A DNA stretch of 18,886 nucleotides, from IMG/VR virus record IMGVR_UViG_3300045988_146224. One strand, written 5' to 3'. The translations under genes and the position numbers were made by a program. Position 1 is the stretch's first letter, and the number at the start of each line of letters is the position of its first letter. The stretch comes from a virus. Positions 4,555 through 12,378 of the stretch are shown here, piece by piece. The notes below the pieces were generated by a model. That model searched no databases and had not been told where the DNA came from. It worked only from the letters and a program-made list of their open reading frames with translations.

Positions 4555-6372
4555 TTACAATAGTGAGTTTATTTTATTTGCTATTCTTGGGGCTAATATT
4601 TTTAAATTACCTTTTTCGTTAGGGTGCAATAAATCACCATCGCCTACAAAGTATTCATTAGCTTGATGAGTGTGTTCGCAAGAAATACCGCTCTCATTAA
4701 ATAAATCTTTATAATCAATTGAATATTTATTAAATATTTCTATTTCAGCATCCACATAGTCTTTTAACAAAACTCCGCTTTGAGAATTAGCCTCATTCCA
4801 TGCTCTTGTTAGTATACCGTCAGCAGTAGCAGTATACTTAAATTTCATAGGGGTTAACCCTAAAAATTTAGCTTTTGGGTATTTATCTAGTAATGCTTTT
4901 ACTACTTTTTCAAAATTAGATTTAAAAACGTCCTTAGTTTGATTTGTCCACATAAAGTCGTTTACCCCACCCCAAAGAACAATAACATCTAAATCAGCAA
5001 TCATATTTGGTATTCTATCTATAAACCCATCTTTATTATTTGTTATTATTGTACTACCACTTACTCCATAATTATATACATTAGGAATGTTACATAATTC
5101 ACTTATTCTAGTTACCCAACTTGTACCACCCAGTCCGTATGTTATACTATCACCTAAAAAACCCGCCGTTAAAGGTCTATCAACTACAAACTCAAAATTA
5201 CATATACTGTTATTAGGCATGTCCGGATAGAATAAACCTAAGAAATAATAATTTACATCATCTTTATAAAAATCTGTATATTCTATTAACCCACTAATCT
5301 TATTAAAATATAGCCATTTAAAATTATTTGTGAATGAATATTTTATTATTTGCTCTTCAGTAACTTTTAATAATTTATTATTTAGGCAAATGTATGACGG
5401 TGGGAAAGTTATTGTTTTATTGAAGCTATCCACATAAACCTTTTTAGAGTGTTCTTGGCATACTAAATAGCAATTACTAATTTTACCATTATTATTAAAA
5501 TCCACATCTTTAAGAGAATTTACATTAAAATATGCTTTTAAATTATACCCCATTTCAACAGTTACTCCTGTACTATAGTCATGGTTTGCCATTGCTATTT
5601 TTATAAAAGGACAATCAGTATTTAGAATTTTTATACCAGTTGTATATATCCCCTCATACCCTATATATTTTTTATTACTATCATACTTTAAAATAAAGTA
5701 ATTATCATCTGTTGTTAACTCGAATTTTATATCAACATTAAGAGGTATAGGAATAAAATTATTAGTTCTTATTTGTGTTGGGTTTACTGTGTTTCCATTT
5801 TCACCCGTTGCGCTATCCATTTCCCCTAGTTCCCAAGGTAAGTGTAAATTATAAACCCCATTATAAACGGCATTCATTTGTTTTCTTATTGCCTCACCTA
5901 TATTAACATCAGTAGTCCCAAAAAATGTGTTCCTACCGTCTATTAATTCAGCATCACCAGTAGTGCTTCCCTCGTTTAAACTTGTAAAGCTATTGACTCT
6001 ATTTTTTAATGTTTCCACCTCTGTTTTTTCAGCTTTTTTATTCTCAATATTAAATAAATGTGTGTTAGTTTTATCAACAAAATTAATAAAACTTTCATTA
6101 TTTACTTTATTATTAATTTCAAGCTTATTCTCTTCAATTTTATTATTTAGTTGAACTTGTATATTTTCGTCAATTATTACTTTCTTTAGTTTTTCATAGT
6201 CAGCTTTAATCTTCTTCACTAGTAAATTTAAATGGTTATCACTTGTTTTTATTTTCCCCTCTAGTCTTTCAATCTCTTGCCCTAATCTCTTCCATTGTTG
6301 AAAGTCAATAGCATTCTGGTCTTGTAATTCCTTAATGTTTTGTTGAACTCTGTTGATATCGATATCGCTCAT
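4555..6372 (-). CDS. Tail appendage / receptor-binding protein with a C-terminal SGNH (GDSL) esterase domain
   Basis: 605 aa at the phi29 gene-12 position. The N-terminal ~130 aa are coiled coil. TTGDAELIDGR...IGEAIRKQ is a motif common in Firmicute phage fibre proteins. SGNH blocks: GFLGDSITYG (Ser409), YGVSGST, LWGGVNDF, and GDLLHPN (Asp580 and His583). Confidence 0.75.
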   Translation of the reverse strand: MSDIDINRVQQNIKELQDQNAIDFQQWKRLGQEIERLEGKIKTSDNHLNLLVKKIKADYEKLKKVIIDENIQVQLNNKIEENKLEINNKVNNESFINFVDKTNTHLFNIENKKAEKTEVETLKNRVNSFTSLNEGSTTGDAELIDGRNTFFGTTDVNIGEAIRKQMNAVYNGVYNLHLPWELGEMDSATGENGNTVNPTQIRTNNFIPIPLNVDIKFELTTDDNYFILKYDSNKKYIGYEGIYTTGIKILNTDCPFIKIAMANHDYSTGVTVEMGYNLKAYFNVNSLKDVDFNNNGKISNCYLVCQEHSKKVYVDSFNKTITFPPSYICLNNKLLKVTEEQIIKYSFTNNFKWLYFNKISGLIEYTDFYKDDVNYYFLGLFYPDMPNNSICNFEFVVDRPLTAGFLGDSITYGLGGTSWVTRISELCNIPNVYNYGVSGSTIITNNKDGFIDRIPNMIADLDVIVLWGGVNDFMWTNQTKDVFKSNFEKVVKALLDKYPKAKFLGLTPMKFKYTATADGILTRAWNEANSQSGVLLKDYVDAEIEIFNKYSIDYKDLFNESGISCEHTHQANEYFVGDGDLLHPNEKGNLKILAPRIANKINSLL

Positions 6373-6384
6373 ATTATTACCTCC

Positions 6385-7038
6385 TTAATATACAAATAAG
6401 AATAAGTTTTCAAGTTCTTTAAAAATCATTTCATCTATATTAATTAACACCGCTCTCCACTTTTCAAGTAGTTCAGCTGATGATGTTACACCTATATTAC
6501 CTTGAGAAATTAGTTCATACTCTTCAGTATTGTTTGATGTGTTTCTCACACTATTGTTTGCAGTAGATTCAGAGTTATTCACTGAATTACTATTTGACTT
6601 ACTAGCAGATGTCATATATTTGTCAAGGTCATCAATTTTGTTCTGTGGGGTATCATTTGCAATTGATAAATCATTGTTGGTAGATGTATTATTAGCAGTA
6701 GAAGTAGCTTGACTATTTCCCTCTGTTTCTCCGTTCAGTTTCCTTATATAACTTTCTTTTAAATCTTTGTTCAACATGAAGTCAATATTTTGGCAGCGTA
6801 TCTCTGTTTCATACAATTGTTTATATTTTGGATAGATGTCATTTAATGTAGAAATTAGATGTTGTTTAAAGATGTTGATATTGTCAAACCCTATTTCATG
6901 AAACATAAAATGTTGAAAGAATTTTTCTTCAAAGTAAAGCTTTAGTTCATTATTGTATAAATTATACGGTTGGTCAAATAAGTTATAACTTTTATCTTTA
7001 TAAATGTAATAAAGTTTCAAGGTATATTTACTACTCAT
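6385..7038 (-). CDS. Lower collar (head-tail adaptor) protein, phi29 gp11-position homolog
   Basis: GAGGTGGAAG RBS plus ATG 7038; the track's 7077 start overlaps the upstream gene by 47 nt. Called from synteny immediately after the connector gene and from the motif HEIGFDNINIFKQHLISTLNDIYPKYKQLY. It contains a ~70-aa N/S/T-rich low-complexity segment. Confidence 0.5.
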   Translation of the reverse strand: MSSKYTLKLYYIYKDKSYNLFDQPYNLYNNELKLYFEEKFFQHFMFHEIGFDNINIFKQHLISTLNDIYPKYKQLYETEIRCQNIDFMLNKDLKESYIRKLNGETEGNSQATSTANNTSTNNDLSIANDTPQNKIDDLDKYMTSASKSNSNSVNNSESTANNSVRNTSNNTEEYELISQGNIGVTSSAELLEKWRAVLINIDEMIFKELENLFLFVY

Positions 7039-7900
7039 TATCTTCCACCTCTTTTTCCTCGTTTTCCTCATCAACATAATATTTACTAATCATTTCTCTG
7101 TTTGGTAATACTTTAACATTTAGTCCAAACTTCTTATTAATTTGCTCACATGCTTGTAATCTATTTTTATACATTAACATTGCATTAGTATGGATAAAGT
7201 CATTATTAGAATTAACTTCATCAGTTAGTAATCTTTCTTTCTTTTCAAAGTTGTTATTTAGAGATAAAAAACTTAAAATTTCTCGTTCAAGTTCGTATTT
7301 GTATTCGTTCAACTTATCTGCTACGTATGGAGTAGGCATAGTTAAAACTTCAAGAGGATTTTCTCCCATTATCTCTCTATTAGCTAAAATGAAAGGCTCA
7401 AAGTTCTCAACTTTATCAAATATTAATTCTAATGACTTCTTAGTTTTTTCAGAGGCATTTATAAACCACGGGAACTTTTGTTGATTGATGTTTGCCCTAA
7501 TACACATTTCAACTTCTAACATTCTTTCGGCATAGTTAGCAATATAATCTCTAGTTGGTTTAGCTAGGTCGTTATTTCTGATCAGTGTACAATTATCGTT
7601 ATTAATATATTTAACAGTTTTTATATAATTGTAACCGCTTGTTATTACTTCTGTACTTTCCCCGTTTATATTCATGTTAGCACCGAAAGAGCAAGGTACT
7701 GAAATTAAACCCAAGTCTTTATCATCATTTACTAAACATAATCCGTGTTCGTAAAGGGCATTTTCGATATATCTTGAATCCATAGTTTCTGGTAGATTCT
7801 CCCATGTAAACATATTTAGGGCTAACATTTTATAATAGTCGTATAGTCTTTTATAATTTTTAATTTTAAATGCTTCTATTTCATGTTTATTTCTACTCAA
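7031..7900 (-). CDS. Head-tail connector (portal, upper collar), phi29 gp10-like
   Basis: TTG start with a GGAGGTG RBS, overlapping the upstream stop (TTGA). FTWENLPETMD matches gp10 FEWENLPPTIN. TPYVADKLN, EKKERLLTDEVNSNND (versus EKKERMVTDEVSSNDE) and CEQINKKFGLNVKV (versus CEKINELYGLNVKV) also match. Confidence 0.9.
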   Translation of the reverse strand: MSRNKHEIEAFKIKNYKRLYDYYKMLALNMFTWENLPETMDSRYIENALYEHGLCLVNDDKDLGLISVPCSFGANMNINGESTEVITSGYNYIKTVKYINNDNCTLIRNNDLAKPTRDYIANYAERMLEVEMCIRANINQQKFPWFINASEKTKKSLELIFDKVENFEPFILANREIMGENPLEVLTMPTPYVADKLNEYKYELEREILSFLSLNNNFEKKERLLTDEVNSNNDFIHTNAMLMYKNRLQACEQINKKFGLNVKVLPNREMISKYYVDEENEEKEVEDNE

Positions 7901-9195
7901 TTGCTATACACCTCCGTATTTCCTTGTATTTGTGTTACTGAATATTCACCAACAACTGCACCATTATCAACATGCCAAACTGTTAAACCACGATTGAATA
8001 TATCTTTTATTTCTTCAAGATATTCGTGAGGTATTTTTTCTCCTGTAATATTACAAGTATTTGTTTTAATGAAGTTGAAGTATTTTCTTGAATTTATATT
8101 AATAGTTTCCCATTTGTTAACCTTATACCCATATTTAACAAAATAGTCGTGAATTCTATGCTTATATCTAAAATCTAACCCAAATTCTATTATATCTACT
8201 TTTCTATTACTATTTACCAAGTTGAATAGTGTGTCGTTACCACTTGTTTTAATAGAATTTGGAGTGTTTATTAAATCTGTTACTTTAGCATTTGCCATAG
8301 ATGAAACTTCAAAATTTGACAATTTATTTCTTTCACTTAGCTGACTATTAGCTAAATTATTAGATAGATAGTTAAAATATTGGTTGACTCCTGCTTGTGC
8401 TATACCCATTGCACCACCAACTGCTCCACCAACATTTCCACTAGCTATACTTGCAATAGCGCCAATACCGCTACCAATACCACCCATTATATTACCAACA
8501 GTATTTTGTGTGTAATTTAACTTATTTGTTGCTAATCCTTGCTTTAGTGTTAAATCATTTTCCATCATTGCATTAATATTACCTTGATGAAAACTTGCTG
8601 AACTTGTCGCTAAGAATTGAGAATATGCAGAAGATAGTACGGGTAGCATTAATGGGCTATTATTAACCATACCGTTTAGGTTACCGTTGTAATCACCCTT
8701 GTACCCCTCAACATAAAGATTATATTTACTTTCCATTGCCACATTTGTTGCTTTAACTTTTAATTTTAATGTATGATTTTCACATAGTTCGGGTTTAACT
8801 ATTAATGGATTGTTCATATAATCAGTTATCATAAAATATCTAAACGGAAAACAGAATAGTTTTGGCTCGAAGGTAGCCATAGTTAGGTCATTACTTGGAA
8901 ATACATTTATTTGTTTTAATAGTTTGTCTATTGTATCTAAAAATAACATTCTGTAACATTTAGGTATACCACCTTTTGGAGTACCGTATCTATCTACATC
9001 AAAACTACATTCTATTATTGTGTTCATGTCGCTTATTTCTATAAAAGGATTATAAGTTAAGCTTTGTATAGTATCTACAAACCCTAGATAAGTTGCTTCA
9101 TTAATTCTGTTCCTAGGAATACAGTAGTAATAAAGACCTACTGGAATATTCTCCATTATACTACTTTCTATATCGTTACCAGTTTGGATTCCCAT
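7897..9195 (-). CDS. Tail knob / distal tube protein, equivalent to the C-terminal ~70% of phi29 gp9
   Basis: GGGAGGTGG RBS. CFPFRYFMITDY matches gp9 MYPYCVTEITDF. The Gly/Ala-rich hydrophobic loop GNIMGGIGSGIGAIASIASGNVGGAVGGAMG matches GIMGMIGGGISAGASAAGGSALGM. The C-terminus YFVKYGYKVNK...RKYFNFIKTNTCNITGE...IFNRGLTVWH matches FFHKYGYKINR...RKAFNYVQTKDCFISGD...IFDNGITLWH. Confidence 0.85.
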   Translation of the reverse strand: MGIQTGNDIESSIMENIPVGLYYYCIPRNRINEATYLGFVDTIQSLTYNPFIEISDMNTIIECSFDVDRYGTPKGGIPKCYRMLFLDTIDKLLKQINVFPSNDLTMATFEPKLFCFPFRYFMITDYMNNPLIVKPELCENHTLKLKVKATNVAMESKYNLYVEGYKGDYNGNLNGMVNNSPLMLPVLSSAYSQFLATSSASFHQGNINAMMENDLTLKQGLATNKLNYTQNTVGNIMGGIGSGIGAIASIASGNVGGAVGGAMGIAQAGVNQYFNYLSNNLANSQLSERNKLSNFEVSSMANAKVTDLINTPNSIKTSGNDTLFNLVNSNRKVDIIEFGLDFRYKHRIHDYFVKYGYKVNKWETININSRKYFNFIKTNTCNITGEKIPHEYLEEIKDIFNRGLTVWHVDNGAVVGEYSVTQIQGNTEVYSN

Positions 9196-9207
9196 AATTC
9201 CACCTCC

Positions 9208-10755
9208 CTAATCATTTATTATTGACCTATATCGGTAATCAGCATTTGGAGTTCTATCATTTTCCATTATATTAGTACCAGTTTGTTTAGCTTCTATTAC
9301 ATGAATTGATCCATCATCATTTTTAGAAATAAACATAACTACATGCCCATTATCTGAATTACCTCTAGTGAATACTAAATCACCCATTTTTAGGTTGTCC
9401 AAAGTTGTTTCTTTACCGTCTTTAATTTGTGTATAAGTTGTTCGTGATATTTTTATTCCATTATCGTTGTATGACCATTGCATTAACCCCGAGCAGTCTG
9501 TTCCGCTATCTGACCCCAGTGGTGGATAATTTCCACCATACACATATGGCTTACCTAATAATTTTCTTGCACTTGCAACAACTTTTTGTCGTAATTCGCT
9601 TGTACTTTCTTCTTGCCTGTTGTAAGGACTAGGTATATAACCCATACCGTTGTTGTCTGTTATAGTTCCACCGTTTAAGTCGGGTATTGCTTTATAATTA
9701 TAATCTGCATTTAAAAATACATTTGCCTCTGCTTTTCTTCTATTTCGTAACCCCTCCTCGAATTGTGAGCCGGGCATTATTACAGTAGTTTTCCAAACTT
9801 CTGCAATGCTTTCTTTACTATCTCCATTTATATATTTAGTAAAAATTGTCTTACTTGTTAAGCTTCCTGTGTTATAGTAAAAACTAACAAACGCGTCAAA
9901 TTCATTTTGCTTCATCTTATTCATGTCATACCCGTACCTAACAAAGCTATCATACACATACTTTGAATAATTACTATATAAACTTTGCCCTAATACTTCA
10001 GAAGCTTGTTGTTCTGTACAACTCGGAGCAAGTTGTTCATAGTGTTCGGGGTCATATTTGCTAGTTGTTCCATAACCAATGGTATAAGTCCCATCACCTA
10101 GGTTGTAAGGAGTTGCAGAAAAACCCTCACCTTGTTTAATAAACCAAAGCCCATTACCACTAACATAACCCTCTTTGTATAATGTAGTTTGACTACTTGA
10201 AGTTCCACCGCTCGATCCTCCATTTATCATCCCCAATCGTGTTGATGATGTTAAGAAATAACAACCTTTATCTGTATAGTCGTAAGCAGTTGTAATGTCT
10301 TGAACTTTTAACTCACCGACTTCAATATCTTCTGGCTCTAGTAAGTTATCTAATTGTACATCACCGTTATTATCAAATCGATAACAATGTTCGCGTTCGA
10401 TAAAACTTTCCATTTTAGTAAAATTAATATCAAAGTAATAAGTTTGTAGTACATCTAACTTTAATGTTAGCTTTGTACTATTTTCTGTTACATATTCTTT
10501 ATTTATAATGAAAAAGTATTCCCACCTTGTCCCATTGTTCCACATGCAATAATTATAATTCATACACTCATCTATATACTTGTCAATTGTTAAACTTCTT
10601 TCTTTTCTCAAATAAGTACAATCGACCATTGAGTATTTTGCTTTGCTCATAAACCAGTTTATTTGATTAGTTGAATTATTAAAATTAACGGTATTGTTAT
10701 AATTAATGTCAAGTTCGGGAATACTACAAAAGAAAACATTCGAAATTCTTGGCAT
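9208..10755 (-). CDS. Tail protein: gp9-like N-terminal domain fused to a GH24-type lysozyme and an NlpC/P60 endopeptidase
   Basis: AGGAGGA RBS plus ATG 10755; the track start 10842 overlaps the capsid gene. Residues 1-125 match the gp9 N-terminus (NQINWFMSKAKY vs NQYNWFNSKSRV; DVLQTYYFDINFTKMESFIEREH vs DVLQTWMFDIKFQESFIVREH). A G/S linker follows. The lysozyme motif is FIKQGEGFSATPYNLGDGTYTIGYG. The NlpC/P60 motifs are GKPYVYGG...GTDCSGLMQW and NGHVVMFIS. Confidence 0.85.
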   Translation of the reverse strand: MPRISNVFFCSIPELDINYNNTVNFNNSTNQINWFMSKAKYSMVDCTYLRKERSLTIDKYIDECMNYNYCMWNNGTRWEYFFIINKEYVTENSTKLTLKLDVLQTYYFDINFTKMESFIEREHCYRFDNNGDVQLDNLLEPEDIEVGELKVQDITTAYDYTDKGCYFLTSSTRLGMINGGSSGGTSSSQTTLYKEGYVSGNGLWFIKQGEGFSATPYNLGDGTYTIGYGTTSKYDPEHYEQLAPSCTEQQASEVLGQSLYSNYSKYVYDSFVRYGYDMNKMKQNEFDAFVSFYYNTGSLTSKTIFTKYINGDSKESIAEVWKTTVIMPGSQFEEGLRNRRKAEANVFLNADYNYKAIPDLNGGTITDNNGMGYIPSPYNRQEESTSELRQKVVASARKLLGKPYVYGGNYPPLGSDSGTDCSGLMQWSYNDNGIKISRTTYTQIKDGKETTLDNLKMGDLVFTRGNSDNGHVVMFISKNDDGSIHVIEAKQTGTNIMENDRTPNADYRYRSIIND

Positions 10756-10776
10756 AATTAATCCTCCTAATATAAT

Positions 10777-10800
10777 AAAAAGGGGAATAACCCCCTTTAA
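10777..10800 (-). terminator. Hairpin plus U-tract after the major capsid gene, a possible partial terminator
   Basis: The - strand reads AAAGGGG-GTTATT-CCCCTTT followed by TTATTATATT, between the capsid stop (10803) and the next RBS. Confidence 0.4.
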
Positions 10801-10802
10801 TA

Positions 10803-11852
10803 TTATTTTACTACGAATTTTACACAGTTTACGAAGTTGCAACTAGCAACAATTCCCCATCTGTTAAACCATACGTTTGTATAAAGTGCTTGAGGGTTTC
10901 TGAATGTTTCAGATGAATTTAAAGTTTCCCAAATTTGTAATGCTTCTTTATCACAGATTATACATTGAGTTTCTGTATCTTCTGCATATTCGTAAGTTGA
11001 CCCCTCGTCTGAAGTTGTACAGCTTTCAAAATAATCTATAGGTAATACATGTAAATTGATTTGGTCGTAACTTACGTTAAATGCTTGTGCCAATAATTGA
11101 ACGTCCATAACTGCTAATAAATCTGTTGGTACAAAGCAAACAAGGTCTTGAGGTTTTGAATAAGTCATTACCCCTTGTCCATTATATTGATTTGATAAGA
11201 ATCCCATCTTTAAGATATAAGATTTTATAGCAGTAACTAAACTTTGTGCTTTTTGTTGTAAAGTCAACTTATCGTAAGCAGTTTTTCCTAGTTTAACTTC
11301 TGCACCTTTTAAGTGTGAAAGTGCGTGTTTAACTAATAAGAAGTCATCATATTCAGCAGAGTTAAGTGGAGCTTGTAAAATTCTAGATGTTAAATTACTT
11401 AAACCATTTTCTTCTCTAAATGCCCCTTTTAGTTCTTCATCTGATATAGTTGCTTGATATTGCATTTGCTTATTTTCTGAATAATATTCAACCTTAACAT
11501 TTGGGTTTTGTCTTGATAATAAATCAGTTGCTAATTGTCCTCCGTCAGTTTGTCTTGTCCTATCTTTACCTTTAACAATATCAACAAATATAGATTCGAT
11601 TGACTTACCGTATGGTAACATTCCCTTTTTAAATAGTTTATAAGGATTTTCATATGCCTTACTAAAAAATCTTTGTTTAGCAACTTGGTTTGTAAGGACA
11701 TTTACAAACTCATTTTTTGCAGTTGGATAATCTGTAATAATCTCCCCAACTTTATGCATATTTTTTGCAGTAACCTCACCGATTCTGTCCTTAAATTCTT
11801 GGCTTGTAGCACCAACAAGTGCTTTGGTAAACGTAACATTATCTAATGCCAT
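10803..11852 (-). CDS. Major capsid protein, phi29 gp8-like, lacking the C-terminal Ig-like domain
   Basis: [37 protein letters not shown] matches gp8 [54 protein letters not shown] matches [30 protein letters not shown]. 349 aa, against about 448 aa as I recall for gp8. Confidence 0.9.
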   Translation of the reverse strand: [349 protein letters not shown]

Positions 11853-11866
11853 GTTAAATTTCCTCC

Positions 11867-12142
11867 TTAATCAAAATTCTTTAATATATAATTTATGTCA
11901 ATTTCAGTATCGTCCTTTTTAGAAGACGTATCTGTTTTAGTTTGACCTGCAACAGGTATTTGTTCAAATAATTCGTAGTTTTTTATTTTTAAACGATTTA
12001 TTTCATCATTAAGTGAAGTTATATTCTTTTCTTTTTCTGACATAACTACTTTTTGATTTTCTAATAAATCATTTAAATTTTTCTTTTCATCTTCAATTTT
12101 CTTGATATAGTCTTGAGCTTCTTCAATTGTTTTAAACTCCAT
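11867..12142 (-). CDS. Scaffolding protein, phi29 gp7-like
   Basis: 91-aa acidic coiled coil immediately upstream of the capsid gene. KNYELFEQI matches gp7 SNSKLFRQI. AAGGAGG RBS. Confidence 0.65.
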   Translation of the reverse strand: MEFKTIEEAQDYIKKIEDEKKNLNDLLENQKVVMSEKEKNITSLNDEINRLKIKNYELFEQIPVAGQTKTDTSSKKDDTEIDINYILKNFD

Positions 12143-12165
12143 GTTTATACCTCCTTGTTATATTC

Positions 12166-12192
12166 TTAATAAAGCCCTCCTTTAAGAGGACT
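12166..12192 (-). terminator. Strand-specific hairpin plus UUUAUU in the late-operon leader, a candidate attenuator or RNA 3' end
   Basis: The - strand RNA AGUCCUC-UUAAAG-GAGGGCU forms a 7-bp stem with one G-U pair; the + strand equivalent would have a C-A mismatch. UUUAUUAA follows. The 3' arm carries an SD-like AAAGGAGGG with no start codon after it. Confidence 0.3.
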
Positions 12193-12293
12193 TAATAAAA
12201 ATACAAAAACGCAATTATTTAAATGTATATAATAGTGTTGCAAATCACAATATTACCTTTACAGGCTCTTCACCTTTGCACGTAAAAGCAAGT

Positions 12294-12335
12294 ATTATAT
12301 TTAAACTTTTAAATAACTACTCAATATATTGTACG
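12294..12335 (-). promoter_or_regulatory. Candidate late promoter region (CGTACAATATATT box, then TTGAGT-19 nt-TATAAT)
   Basis: It lies directly after the terminator of the sigma gene. The 13-mer CGTACAATATATT (12323-12335, - strand) is identical to the + strand 13-mer at 1891-1903. TATAAT is at 12294-12299. Confidence 0.35.
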
Positions 12336-12371
12336 AAAAATAATAAAAAAGGTTAACAAAATGTTAACCTT
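12336..12371 (-). terminator. Rho-independent terminator after the sigma-factor gene
   Basis: The - strand reads AAGGTTAAC-ATTTT-GTTAACCTT (perfect 9-bp stem) followed by TTTTATTATTTTT. Confidence 0.7.
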
Positions 12372-12378
12372 ATTACTA

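Noticed and set aside
3972-4666. + strand ORFs 3972-4178, 4178-4393 and 4424-4666
   Set aside because: These are shadow ORFs antisense to well-supported - strand genes (holin-like, coiled-coil and appendage). Their translations are low-complexity and S/I/L/F-rich, and they have no RBS.
6523-6726. N/S/T-rich low-complexity segment (about 68 aa) in the lower-collar protein, considered as a separate feature or insertion
   Set aside because: It is in frame, continuous with conserved flanks and compositionally typical of a disordered linker in an AT-rich genome. Nothing suggests a mobile insertion or a repeat expansion with a defined unit.
5927-9632. + strand ORFs 5927-6154, 6530-6712, 7251-7484 and 9429-9632
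   Set aside because: They are antisense to the appendage, lower-collar, connector and tail-hydrolase genes, which have strong homology support. They have no SD sequences and show the composition typical of reverse-frame AT-rich coding DNA.
10756-10842. N-terminal extension of the tail-hydrolase ORF (track start 10842)
   Set aside because: The extension overlaps the capsid gene by 40 nt and runs through the hairpin at 10777-10800. A canonical AGGAGGA-ATG is at 10755, and homology to gp9 begins there. I trimmed 7077 to 7038, 17221 to 17176, 4500 to 4479 and 1012 to 1021 for the same kind of reason.
12143-12378. Confident identification of a phi29-type prohead RNA (pRNA)
   Set aside because: By eye I could not find the characteristic paired 5'/3' helix with complementary CE and D loops in any non-coding region (1881-2154, 12143-12378 or 18574-18652). 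I report these regions only as candidates. pRNA may be absent, as appears to be the case in non-Bacillus relatives.
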